The notes below the pieces were generated by a model. It was not told where the DNA came from, did not search any database, and was given only the letters and a program-made list of their open reading frames with translations. DNA of 61,744 bases, filler included. It is 11 parts of 11 records of this genome, joined end to end, with 100 filler letters (N's around TTAATTAATTAA, not from the genome) between each part and the next. Parts side by side here need not be neighbours in the genome. Positions count along the whole stretch, not along the records: positions 4,987 to 17,304 come from SRR7504441_7456; positions 17,405 to 20,547 come from SRR7504441_7464; positions 20,648 to 23,676 come from SRR7504441_7467; 8 more parts are not named here. One strand, 5' to 3'. Positions 11,801 to 23,776 of this stretch are shown here, in pieces. Within the stretch, counting starts at the first letter, position 1, and each line of letters begins with the position of its first letter. The position numbers and the translations under genes were made by a program.

Positions 11801-14800
11801 AAAGAACCTGGCCAATGCACGGAACGGTGAAGCAGCTTTCCTCGGAAACAAGCGACTCAAGGAGATCCACCAAATTGCCAACGATCAGATCCGATGGCCC
11901 AGATTTGGTGGCATCAGCAGCAAGTATGGAAAAAAGATTCAGAAGTATCAGGCATGTCAGCAGTGCTAATAGACATGGCTGAGCGAGGTATCCAGGTACG
12001 GGCAAAATCTGCTTTGATTTGGGCAATTACTGCCATCATATTCGGTGGGTTTGGACTGGTGACATTTCTTGGGATTGTGATGCGACGAAACAAAGAGCTG
12101 TATGGCCCTGATAAAATATACTTCTTTGGGAACTATGAAGGTGACAGCGTTTGATGCCTTGATTGCCATTGAGCTAGCACCCTGTGCAGACAACAAGCGT
12201 AACTTCATCTACTCAATCTTTGCCCCTTTGATAGTCATTCCTTTCTTTGTTGTGGGCCGTTCTTGGTCAAGGAACAGTTGGTATTTCTTCACCAGTTCGG
12301 CCGAGACTTTTGCTTCGCTTTACCAGGAGTACCGTGCTGGGATCTTACCACAGCGTGATCTGATGAATGTTACTTTTACGCTCCTTGGCATTTTGTTCCT
12401 GATCGCCTGGTCAACTACTGTTGGTTGTGTCTTGAACGTTGCTGAAGGTTTCATTATTGCAATTGTGACACTTGTCCTTGTCACGACAGTACCACCAATC
12501 CTGCGAGCCATACAACATAGAAGCGCCAAATCTTTCCTCAGTGGGATGTTCCTGACTGGCTTTTTTACTGTTGCAGTGCTGAACATCATTTACTACGCAA
12601 TTGAAGGCATTTATACAATGGGCATTGTGTGCGCAGCTGTGTATACTGGGGCTGTCCTGGTCATCCTGTTCACGCGAGACTGTATGAATGGATGGCAGCA
12701 CAGCACTTTCCTGGCCACTGCGTCATTCACATGGACGATACCCTTCTTATTGACCATGATATGTATTTACAAGGAATATACCCATGTGCATGGTGAAAAC
12801 AACAAAGGCTGGATCTTTGCAGTGCTGTGCGCAGGCGCTTTAGTTATTGGCATGCTGGCACTTTTCTTCTTCCTGGCACGGCGGCTAACTTTAAGGGATG
12901 TGGAGTGGCGCTCTTTGCAGAGTGATAACAAAGGGCTTCATAATGACGATAGTGAAGAGCTGGCTATGATTCAGGAAGGGCGGACTGCCAGTGAACTTTC
13001 CATGGAGGTTCACAGCGAACTGATACCTAAAATGATACCGTCACACAGGGAGGAGCGTGATGCAGTCGACAACATGGGTTGCTGCTATCACTGTTGTTCA
13101 TTCCTAGGCGACAACATCGAGCCCATCATAATGGGCTGCATCGCTCTGGTCCTGATGGCAGCTGCTGTCACAGGCATGGCTGTGCTTTTGTGGAGCCAAG
13201 ATGAGGACTATACCTCAAGCATGAAAGTCTTCGCATACGGCACAGCATTTCTGGCTGTCTGCTACATTCTCGTGCTTGGCTACGGCGTGCTAGGCCAGGC
13301 AGATACCTGGGTGGCAACCTCCGGATTGCTGTTGCCTGCAATCATCCCCTCCAGAGACAAGAGTGGCTCGACTCACGACTTTACCAAACCAGTCATGACC
13401 CACAATAACCCATTTGGAGCGCTTGTGCTTGCTGCGGGTATCCTGATAACCTGGGGAATGGTGGCTACCATTTGCCCTGATGTGGACTTTCTATTTGGCC
13501 ACGAGCAGATGGCAGTGGGCATAGCAGCTGTGAACTTGAGCATTCTTTCATGCTTGGTTTATCCGTCGTACAAGAAGCTATGGTTGACCTACCAAGTCCA
13601 TGCTAACTTCCAGCATTTTGTCACGAAGCCAACAATTCAAACACCTCTCGAGGCCATTCAAACAATCTGTCTGAGGTGCTTCGAGGAAAGGGTCCTGGAA
13701 CCTTACGAAGCCGAGTCCACAACTGCAATGAAAACCCAAGAGGTATACGCGGTGGCATCAATGGCCTTTCGCAAAGTTTATAATAAGCAAGACTTTCCGC
13801 TGAACAGCCAGACCACGCCTCAGGAATACTACAATGCCAACAAGGACTTGTACTATGCAGAAGGGCAAGTCACAGAGGTGTTTGCCACGATGCTCAGGCG
13901 GCACTTTGGCACCACTGCTGATGACGACTACACGTTCGAGCAGTTCATGAGCTTCTTCAAGGCATATGTGCTAAGCTTGGGTGAGCTCAAGTACGAGGAT
14001 GCATTCATGGCCGAGAAGCGAGATCAGTCAATCACAGAGCTCAAGTATTTTCGGCATCAAGTCACAACGGTGTCGGCAAACAAGACTGTGGATGGGGCTG
14101 GGTTTACAGCACCAAGCCTTCGTGTCATTCTCGAGGAGGATCTCTACCCCAGGGCTATGTCGACTATGATGCCTTGTGCTTTCTTATGGAAGTGCAATTG
14201 TAAGAGTTACAATGGCGACACCAGCCGCCACCAGAGACTGTCGTACTTTCATGAGATCTATGACAAAGAAATGCTCTATGTCCGTTTAGGTCAAGAAAAG
14301 ATCAAGTTTGAATCGCACTTCGCGCTTGCTGTGGGGGTCACAGCTTACATGTCGAGCAAGATCGAAGATATTGCCTTCCATGCTCTGAGGAGTGGGTATG
14401 CTGAAGGTTTGCGGGACCAGATCAGCGATTCTGCAGAGGAAGAGGATGCACTTGCGCAGCTCAATCCCAACGAGGCTCCGCACCGCGGTCAATTCACTGA
14501 GCTGTTGGCCATCACTGTAATGGACACATCAACTCTTGCTTCTGGAGAGAACGAAGTCGAATGGTCATTTGGTACGAAGTCTGAGCCAAAACTGTTTATG
14601 GAGGCTGGGTTTGAACGTGAGGGCGATTACGGCGAGAGAGTCACACAAGCATGGGGGAAGTTGAACACTTGTAGTGGCGGAATTGTGACAGCATTCAAGC
14701 AGCTTGAATTGCTCTCTGAATATCTTGCCAAGCCATCCCAACCAGTCGAGCTTAAAGCTAGAGTGACCAGCACAGATCAAGAATTGGCTTCTGTCGAGCT

Positions 14801-17180
14801 CATCACACCCACCAAATGGAAGGAAATCTTTGGCTGCCTTGGGCCCTCGACACATGGCAGCGCTACAGAGCCCAGTGAGTCAGTGATTGACCTCTACAGT
14901 AAAGCAAAGCAGCTCCAGGAAGCTTGGAGCAAGCTCAGGAACCCGGAATGCTTCAAAAGGTGACATTGCCTGCTTATGAGTCCAACTGAATCGTGTCCTT
15001 GACTCAGGATGGAAGCACCTCTTGTATATTCTGCAGCGCTGCTGCTACAGTTCTACGATCTTGAGCTGTTCGTCGCGTGGTTTGCTTCCGGGGAAGACCG
15101 GTAGCACGGCCCAGGCAAGCAATCCCGGGTTTACTTGTGGCTCAGGTTCAATGCGTATGACGCATTGCGCGATTCTTCAGTCCCATGGCGAGTCTTCACT
15201 GACAAGATCATGAAAGAGGCGGACGACAATGGCAACAGCTTCGCAAATGAGAAGCCAAGAAAAGCTTTCACACAGCTCATCAATCCTGCAATCGTAATTA
15301 CCGATGGATTAATGGATGCCTCTCATGAGATTGTGGGCGACGCAAAGCCGGAGCTCGGCCCAGCTGTCCTGCGCGAGGCTTATCTGTTGGTCAAGGCATG
15401 CGTCTCACGCGGCTCAAGCTGACAAGTCCTGTGCAGGCCGAAGCGGTGTATGAGGTGGTGTATGAGCATGCAGCAGCAATAGGGTTCGATGAATGGTGCG
15501 TTGCTGCCATCATAAACGCTGAGCCTGGCTGACTGTGTCCACAGGGCGAAAGAACTCGAAATCTTGGCTCAAAAAGAAGGCATCATCGACCTCTGGACGC
15601 CGCACTCTGGCGATCGGAAGAAGGTGTTTACCAAGGGTCCCATTCCTCAAGCAGAGTTCCCCAAAATGCACACCAAGCTTTGCTTTTACCCTAAAGATTA
15701 TGTAGCGGGTTCGCTCTGTGTAAAGGGTCGGTCTTGGACCATGTTTGTGCAACTACTGGAGCTGGTCAAGAAGCATTATATCCAGAGTGTCGGACCACAA
15801 GCGTTCCTGCGGAATATTAAGCAGACCAGTCAAGCCAAGATGCACGAGTGGCTGCGCAAGACCACAGAGCAGGTCATCCAACCCTAGCCTGTGATCCCTC
15901 GACCTAGGGTGCACGACTGAATATGCGCTGGCTAGGTGGAAGAGATCTTTAACTCAGGTTTCTATTTTCGGAACTCGAGCTACTTATGGCATTTCAGTCA
16001 GCCTGAGGACGCAATACAGCAGCAGCCGCCAGCCGAGATGTACCAGCAGTACGAGAATCAGCTGCAGGAACTGATGAGCGACCCAATGATGCAACAAGCA
16101 ATCAACGCCGGATACGTGGATTCCAAAAAGGGGAAAGGATACCTCAACGATCTGGTCAGCTTGTTTGGCCAACCGCAGGAGGTCCGGAGAGACTACGCAG
16201 CTCTGTACAGGGTGGCCAGGATTGTCGGTATGAGTCAGGCTGAGGCCGACCACTCAACGTTCAGTCGTAAGAACGCACAGACGCTCAAACAGACCATGAT
16301 GGAGCACCTCGGCGGTGCGCTGGCCAATGACGACTTGGAGGGCCAGCTGATCCGCAGCGCCGCTCGGATTGTCTACCCGAAAGAGACGGTACAGCCCCAA
16401 CGGAAGCAAGTGCTGCATATTCTCGAAGGCTCAGACCTGCACCATCAAATCCATGAGCGTGACCACGCCAGCAGGAGGGCCGGTGGGACAGCAGCGAGTG
16501 GTGGTAGTGGGATAGAGCTTGGTGGCGTCAGTGGGGCCGGATCAGGTATCGCTTATCAGCCGCGGAAGGTGCGAGCCCTGGCCTGTATTTGGTGAGCCGT
16601 GTGTGGCCAGGGCCGGTTTGATCAACGGTTTGAAATGATCAACCTCTACGTGCTCGATAACATCTTGGTGGGCACCCGCAAGCTGGACGTCAACTTTGGC
16701 GCCAAACACGAGCAGCCTGAGGAAGTCGATTTCAACCCTATGGCTGACCCGGATCCCACCAAAGCCGAGGACGACGAGGACGAGCCCGCCCCTGACGAGG
16801 TCGGGCTGGACATGCCCGAGGCCGACTCGGTGTCTGGGTGCAACCTCTCGCTGGACGTAGTGCGGACATCGATGATCTTGCCGCTGGACACAGTGAACGA
16901 CATCAGTTTGCGAGACTTGCCCGATCTCCAGCTGCCGGTGCCGTCGGTGCTTGTGATTCGAGGCGAGAGGCTGATCAACGGCGAGCGGGTCAAGCAGAAA
17001 TGCTACATCTCGGCGCTGACCGTTGAAGACCACCAAGAGCTGCTGCTTACCCTGAGTGAGATGTCCGTGCCGAGTGCCACGAGCATCGAGATCGACTCGC
17101 CGGCCGAAAAGTACGACCCGCGCACCACCATGGATGAGCCTGCCAAAGCCGTCCCCCAGATGGGCAACGTGATGATTTAG
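8809..17180 (+). CDS. Very large multi-pass membrane protein (roughly 2,500 aa) of unknown function
   Basis: Starts MPQSECF|DAIRNEAHHDFWV|WSAGYLGVYLG. ORFs 8973, 9459, 10344, 11894, 12102, 15135, 15564, 15936 and 16599 can be linked by more than 15 short GT/GC-AG introns (e.g. 11952-11995, 15396-15436, 15873-15935). Many hydrophobic helices in two clusters are followed by a long soluble C-terminus. Confidence 0.7.
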
Positions 17181-17461
17181 ATTATGAGCGCTCGAGTGGT
17201 GATTTTGAGGGTCAATATTTGAGTATAATAGGATGACAAGAATTAGGTATTGTACTCGTATGAGTCTGATAATTGTCGTATGATGTGCTAATTGCAAGAG
17301 AAGGNNNNNNNNNNNNNNNNNNNNNNNNNNNNNNNNNNNNNNNNNNNNTTAATTAATTAANNNNNNNNNNNNNNNNNNNNNNNNNNNNNNNNNNNNNNNN
17401 NNNNTCCGGACTAAATGCTGGTTATTATAAATACCGGTTTAATTTTTAAAGGAGCGAAAGG

Positions 17462-18943
17462 ATGTCTTGCCCGCAGCTGCCGTGGCTGGTAGAGACCGTG
17501 CTGCGGCTGGACATGGACGACTCCAAGCTCCCGGTGTGTCCACTGTGCCCTTAGCCCAGCCCACAGCTGGCCAGGCCAAGCTGGCGGCGGTGCGGTCGAT
17601 CAAGCTTCCGGGACTCAAATTCACCAAGCTTGGTACTGCGCTCAGCGGACTTAGTGGTGCCCCTCCTGGGTTCGGCGTCATCGCTTGGAGCCAGGCCTGA
17701 CGTCGCTTGATATCTCGCGCAACGCAATTCAGAGCTTAGCTGGGCTGGCAGCGCTTAGTCAACTGCGAAGCCTCAACGCATACTACAATGCCATCGAGGT
17801 CCAGTGCTTTATACACATAGTAATAGCATATCCCTGTTGGTCGCGTACTTAATTAGTTACGTTGATTGCTATGGTAGCGGATAAGCAGAAGAGCTGGGGC
17901 AGGATCTGGCCGGATTAGGCGAGTTGCAGAGGATCGAGAGTTTGGAGGCTGTGGACCTGCGGCTCAACCCAGTTACTCGGGAGCCGCAGTACCGTATGCG
18001 GATGCTGCAGATGCTCCCAGGCCTGCGGCAGCTCGGTGTGTGCCAAGCGTTTCGGCCGCCGGAGCCAAGTCTGGCAGACGAACGCGAGGTACGCCAGTCT
18101 GAGCGACTTAAAATGGATGAGCTGGACCCTCTAGAGCTGAATGGGCTCGAGCTGGGCACCCCTTCGGGGCAGCTGGTGGCTTGACGGGAGCTCGGCTGAA
18201 CCGTTGGCCAGGAGGCGCCGGGGATGGGTGACTCGCTCGAGTTGTCGAGGGACGAGCAAGGCCCGCCGGGCAACAACGGGGAGCTGCCGTTGTTGCTGGA
18301 CAGCCTGCTGTCCGACGAGGGGCTTGAGGACGGCTGCACAGTGCAGGAGCAGATTGGGCGGGCATGCCTGCTGCCACCGCGGCAGGCAGAGCAGCTGATC
18401 AGCCAGATTGTGCCGGGCTGGTCTGGGTTGTTGGTGAGGGGTGAGGCCTAGGTGAGTCAGGTGAGCGCGGGGCTCCAAGACCAGCTAGAGGCACCCACCC
18501 CGCTAAGCTGCTGCAAGCCCAGCCCTGGGGGCAGAGCGCTCATCAGGCCAGGGACGCCGCAGTCAAAAGTGCTGAGCTAGCAGAGCAGCGGGCGTCGCAG
18601 CAGGCAGCCAGGGCAAAGACGGCAAGCAGTAGGTCAGCCAGCTCGCTAAGGCAGGCCCCAGGCAGAGGCGGAATTGGCGGAACTGCGGACGAGGCTGGCA
18701 GAGCGCAGACCGGCGGATGAGATGCGGTGCGAGGCGGAGGTGTTCAACATGCTACGAGAGTCACACCAGTCATTGATTGGGTCCAACCAGTTCTTGCTCG
18801 AGCAAGTCGACGAGCTGCGGGCCCAACAAACTCGGGTGCGCCCGAGCAGTTAGTGGGCCTAGTGTAGCTAGGCTGACCAACTATTGCAGGATGCTCTTCA
18901 ATGGCAAAAGAACTATGTGGCGCTTCGAAATCAAATGATATGA
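17462..18943 (+). CDS. CEP72: Centrosomal protein CEP72/LRRC36-like (LRR + LRRcap + C-terminal coiled coil)
   Basis: Spliced product has LTSLDISRNAIQSLAGL..LRSLNAYYNAIE..VDLRLNPVTREPQYR..LPGLRQLDEREVRQSER and a C-terminal MLRESHQSLIGSNQFLLEQVDELRAQ. Both ends match the CEP72 sequence as I recall it. Middle exon boundaries are approximate. Confidence 0.8.
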
Positions 18944-19157
18944 AGACATAAATTTTTTCAAGAGTACAGTACGACCGGTATAACATTAATCCACCGCCTA
19001 GGCTCGACGAGACCAGCCTCGCAAACCAACTGAGCAAGTAGGCAGTGTTAGATGCCCGGAGGTCTTGTTGACCTGTTCACCCTGTAGCACCGCATTGAGC
19101 ATCGCTGATCATGAGCACCGTACTCTGGTACAGCCCGCCAGTAATATCCGCGAATGG

Positions 19158-20225
19158 ATGGCGGAGAATAGCTGGCTGGCGGCAGGGGTGCTGCCGTATG
19201 TGATCGAGCCGGGCCCGGACGGGAGCCCGCGGCTGAGCTTTCTGATAGGTAAGGAGCTCGACGTGGAGCGCAACACCTATTTCTGGTCCGACTTCGGCGG
19301 CCGGAGGGAGCAGCAGGACCGGAGCCCGGAGGAGACCGCTGCCCGCGAGTTCGCCGAGGAAACGTTGGGGATTGTGGGCGGGGAGGGGATGGACCTGCTC
19401 CAACGGATCGATCAGAGCGCCCGGCAGATAGGCCGGATGCTCTGCCAGCCGGAGCCGGGAGCGCTGGTGGTCACGATCAAAGGCAAGGCGTACACCATGT
19501 TCGTGGTCCGGCTAAAGCGGCTGCCGGACCCGCTCATCCTGCAGATCGCGCGGGACGAAAACGACGTGAACACGCTCGAGAAGAGCAGCGGGGAGAAGCG
19601 GGACTTTGTGAAGGTCGAGGGCGGCCGGCTGCTCGAGTGCGCCATGGGCAACCAGAGCGGGCCGGGTCAGGCCAGCCAGGCCAGCCCGATCAATGACGGC
19701 GATGGCCAGCACATCCAGCTGCTGCCCGGTTTTGCCAGGAACCTCCGCCGGTGCCTGGGGCAGGCGATGGAGGCAATCACGAAGCACAGTGCACAGAAGC
19801 ACAGGCAGCCACTGGCTCCGTGTTCGCCTTCACGGCATGAGCCGGCGCCCATACGGCTAGTGCTGGTACCCACCGACAAGTCGCGATGCTTGCACGTCTC
19901 TAAGCTGACAACGGTCAATCTGGAGCAAGTGCGGACCCGTTTGGAGCAGTTTGGGGAACTTGAATCGTGCTCAATCTGCCCGGGCCGATCCTTTGGGTTC
20001 GTCACCTTTGTGTCGCAAGAGAGTGCAGACAGGGTCTGCCGGGAGTGGCCGATGCAGGACGGCATGCCGTCAGGAATGAGGATAGGCTTCGCGAGGAGGG
20101 ATGGCCCAATCTTGCCCCGTTCTTGCGCGCACAGAGCAAGCGTAGGAAAGGTGCACACCAAGCTTCGGCGAAAGAGGCGGAAGCTGGGGGTCGGCGAACC
20201 GGTGGCTGTTAGGTATAGGAGTTGA
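19158..20225 (+). CDS. Nudix hydrolase fused to a C-terminal RRM domain
   Basis: AAGVLPY..WSDFGGRRE..ETAAREFAEETLG is a Nudix box. RNP2-like LHVSKL and RNP1-like RSFGFVTF mark an RRM, followed by a basic KLRRKRRK tail. No intron is required. Confidence 0.8.
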   Translation: MAENSWLAAGVLPYVIEPGPDGSPRLSFLIGKELDVERNTYFWSDFGGRREQQDRSPEETAAREFAEETLGIVGGEGMDLLQRIDQSARQIGRMLCQPEPGALVVTIKGKAYTMFVVRLKRLPDPLILQIARDENDVNTLEKSSGEKRDFVKVEGGRLLECAMGNQSGPGQASQASPINDGDGQHIQLLPGFARNLRRCLGQAMEAITKHSAQKHRQPLAPCSPSRHEPAPIRLVLVPTDKSRCLHVSKLTTVNLEQVRTRLEQFGELESCSICPGRSFGFVTFVSQESADRVCREWPMQDGMPSGMRIGFARRDGPILPRSCAHRASVGKVHTKLRRKRRKLGVGEPVAVRYRS

Positions 20226-20647
20226 GTCGTGCAGTTTCCTCGTGAATCATTATCGAATCACATATATAGAATAGATGAATTTATATATATGATACTATAC
20301 CGTACGGTGCAAAAGTCCCCAGGGTCAGCGGGTCAGTTTTTGCATGTTGGGAAGCGCCCTAAGGCTTTACCTTAGAGTGCTGGCAATGCAGTTCTCAGCA
20401 TCAGGCGGGTCCACCGCTGTCAATTTCCACGCATTGATAATTATGGTGCCTTATGGTGCTGTACCAGGGGTGCTCAAAGGCATTATCAGAAACTCTCTCC
20501 TGCCTCTAAGGGATACAGTAGTTCACTGGACCCGGTATAACGAAGAGNNNNNNNNNNNNNNNNNNNNNNNNNNNNNNNNNNNNNNNNNNNNTTAATTAAT
20601 TAANNNNNNNNNNNNNNNNNNNNNNNNNNNNNNNNNNNNNNNNNNNN

Positions 20648-23570
20648 CAGCTTTGGTGTTGTGGATCTGGTTTTTCATCAGGTTTGCCACCACCTTCTCC
20701 CGGATTGTTTTGATTGACATGAGCTTCTCCAGCTCTAGCTTAGTCTGTGTCTTCTTGAACTCATCAGCAGGTGCAGCCTCCAAAAAATTGAGGAAAGCTG
20801 GGACACCCTCTGCTGCGTTTTGAGGCTCGTCAGGAACAGGAGCTTCACGTGGTGGTGCAATTGCCTTCAAAGCTGCCACAGGCTGCCTGCCTGCCTTGGC
20901 ATGTCGTTCCAAGTATTGATCAAAGGTTTCTTGCGGTGTGATCCTTCTGCCATGCCGATTATGCGGTACGTGAGCAGATTGAAGCAGGCTCGCATCACCT
21001 TGTTCAACGAGGCTCGCGTGTTTGCAAATCACCTTGTCATCGCCGAACAGGGTATTGCCATTGCCAACCACGGGGTTCGGGTTGAAGTGCCCGGCCATAT
21101 TCCCTTGGTGTTCAAAGCAGCCCGAGGGCCGCCTATCCCGGGGGGCGTTTCCGCCCCAGAGGCCAGCAGGAACCAAATCCCCAAATGCCTCCTCGCAATC
21201 GTCGACAGTGTCGATCTCAACATACCCAGGTGGGCAGCATTCGTTAGCCTCGTACGACCCCGAGGGCAAGCATGTGCCAAAGCTGTAAGGCGCCTGCCAG
21301 CCACACGTGCCATGCGTGTTGCCACAGCTCGCATCACAACTACAGCCAGCATGTAGACTGCACTGCCTTGAATGCAGACACAATAATCGGCCTTGGTCAG
21401 AATTGCCATCGCCATCGACACTGAAGTCTTCGCTGCCACTTGCTGCACTCCATGTTGAGCCCAAATCATCGCCTTGCCTCCACTGTGTGCCGCTGGCGCT
21501 GCAGGCAACAGGGAGCATTGGCTGCAGTAGTTCAAGCTGGCCTTCCGGATACCACATTATGCTACCACTCCAGGCACTGAAAACAAACCAGCAGGAGTTA
21601 GATCAAAACCAGGCACAAAAGCACTTACTCGACGTTGCCTTGGCTAGACACTTCGAAAGTTGAACAGCGGTCAAAGCACTTTTCTAGCACTGTACTGCCT
21701 TGGGCATAGTGCCCCTCTGTTTCTGGTATGCCATTGACCTTAAAGTAAATGTATCCATCATTGTAAGTGTTAGTGCCAGTCGTGATTTTCACACAGGTCC
21801 TTGTATTGTTTGTTGCTGGCGACGCCTCATGAGGCGTTACACATACCTGTTTACATGCATTTTGCTGTCTTTGAGTCCCCCCACAACAACTACAGGTATC
21901 GGCAGTGTTTTGATTCTCCTGATACCAGTTATAGCCACACGCGTTACAACCAAGAACACATGTGACTGGCTTCACATGGCACTCAACATCATGAACTGAA
22001 TGGTTGGAGGAACCAGAATAAGCTGGTTCGTCAGTCAGAATCAATTTACATTTGGAACCTGATAGTGGCTGCTCAGAATACCACTCAAACGCGGAGCAAG
22101 TCTCCCCATTTTGGACGCACAGCTCCTGACACGCAGCTTTGTCACTATCGCCATCTGGGTAATCAGTCTCTGCTAGATCCTGATCCGCTGCATCAGTGCA
22201 GAAGTTGTCAAAGATGTTCCAACCTGTACTGATATTAGAATTACTACTAATCAGTGTTGCAGTGAATTCAGTTTCGGTTTCGGCCTGAGCTTCCTCAGGT
22301 GTGTTGAGTTCGGCTGGAATTTCATTCGAGGCACACTGCTGGTTCTGATCATTGTAGGTACCATTGGTGCCACCTGTGCATACGAGATCCTCGCCACCGT
22401 CATTGCCAAGATGGGCAGTATTAGAATCAGTCGAGTGCGTGGTCACGCCCTCATTGTTGACAGTGTTTGATCCGTTGCCTGTCACTGTGATACTATCTTC
22501 TTGGTCCAATGGTGTCGGGGTAGCCACTTGAAGCAATTCATACGAGTGCTTTCGATGCAGCGTGATGCTTCCATCAGCATGGGGCTCACGACGCACATGC
22601 GTGATCTTCCTGCCGTGTCGATTGTGTTGCACGTGCACAAATTGAAGCAGGTTCTCATTGGTCTCTGCAGCATCATCATGATTCATGACGTTGTCAACCT
22701 GGGGTTGGAGGGGCTCGTCTTCGACGCTTGCTCCCTCTGGCAGTCCTCCACCTGTGTAGTTGGTTACCACATTCATATCAAGCGGGGCTGATGGGAGTGT
22801 GATGGCATCAACACTGCCTACGATCATATTCTGGATACGCTGCCAACACATATGCACTCACGCACCCTGACAAACTGGCATCTACAACCAACTCACCTCA
22901 GCATTCTTTGCTGCCTGTGACGCATTGCCAGCAACGTTTTCACCCTCGATGTAGGATCTGAACCTGACGGGACCCAGCAATTTGGCCTTGAACTCATTAC
23001 TGGAGTCATTGTCGTAGTTTTCGTCGAATTTTATCGCAATGTAACGGGTGCTGATTATGGTGTGCAGATCCCACCGTTCCAGGCATACGACCTCAGTACG
23101 ACCTGTGAGGAGGGTGTCTTCACATCTGATGAATGGGTAGCCAAGTGCCAGATTGGTCTCCGCATCCTCCCCTCGATTGAAAGTCCTGACGTCATTGAAA
23201 GCAATGCCATCAACCGATGTTTGCACTGTGAATTTTTTAGGATTGTATTTGGAATAAACCGGGCCCTGGTTGGTCCAGAACTCAACGTCGCCAATCCTCT
23301 GGATGCTGCCCAGGTCGAAAGCGAATACACGATCGAAATCTCTCAGGTAAGCCGCTCTGTGTTGCAAGCTGGAGCTGCTCACAAGATCGCTGCATCCGTG
23401 CCCAGCATCGCAGGCGCAGTAACGACCTTCATTCTCACCGAAATGCTGCCAGTGCTGCGAAGCACAAAGCAGGTTGTCGCCACCGGACACTTGTTGCATC
23501 AGTGGCGTATCACAGGCCGTCTGTACATCTGGGTACCTGTCGAGATAGCACCGAGAGCTGCACGCATCTG
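20648..23570 (-). CDS. Fragment of a large modular extracellular protein (YLxRYPD..HW..GxxEGR module, F5/8C-like, PAN/apple-like and other Cys-rich modules)
   Basis: ORFs 22882-23580, 21625-22857 and 20592-21557 join through GTGAGT/GTAAGT...CAG introns. Motifs include CYLDRYPDVQ..HWQHFGENEGRYC, FDLGSIQRIGDV..PKKFTVQTSVDG and ACQELCVQNGETCSAFEW. Partial at both ends. Confidence 0.7.
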
Positions 23571-23589
23571 CAGATGACAAAGGAGTTAG

Positions 23590-23676
23590 TGATCAGTGAT
23601 AACAAAGAAGAGTGAGTGATAACAAGGAAGTGATTACAAAGAAAAGTGAGGGAGGGAGGGAGGGAGGGAGGGAGGG
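23590..23676. repeat. Short imperfect repeats (GTGATAACAA-like, three copies) and a (GGGA)n microsatellite inside an intron
   Basis: Repeats are directly visible. On the minus strand they are followed by a CTAAC branch point and a CAG acceptor near 23570, and the contig breaks within the microsatellite. Confidence 0.8.
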
Positions 23677-23776
23677 NNNNNNNNNNNNNNNNNNNNNNNN
23701 NNNNNNNNNNNNNNNNNNNNTTAATTAATTAANNNNNNNNNNNNNNNNNNNNNNNNNNNNNNNNNNNNNNNNNNNN

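Noticed and set aside
20311-20480. AAAGTCCCC resembling RNase MRP CR-I
   Set aside because: No proper CR-V pairing partner or P-helix framework is visible.
20648-23676. Contig 4 as a contaminant, given lower GC and canonical GTAAGT/CTAAC introns
   Set aside because: Similar canonical introns and lower GC occur inside other long genes (36865-36912 and the carboxylase 3' part), so the evidence is insufficient without coverage or k-mer data.
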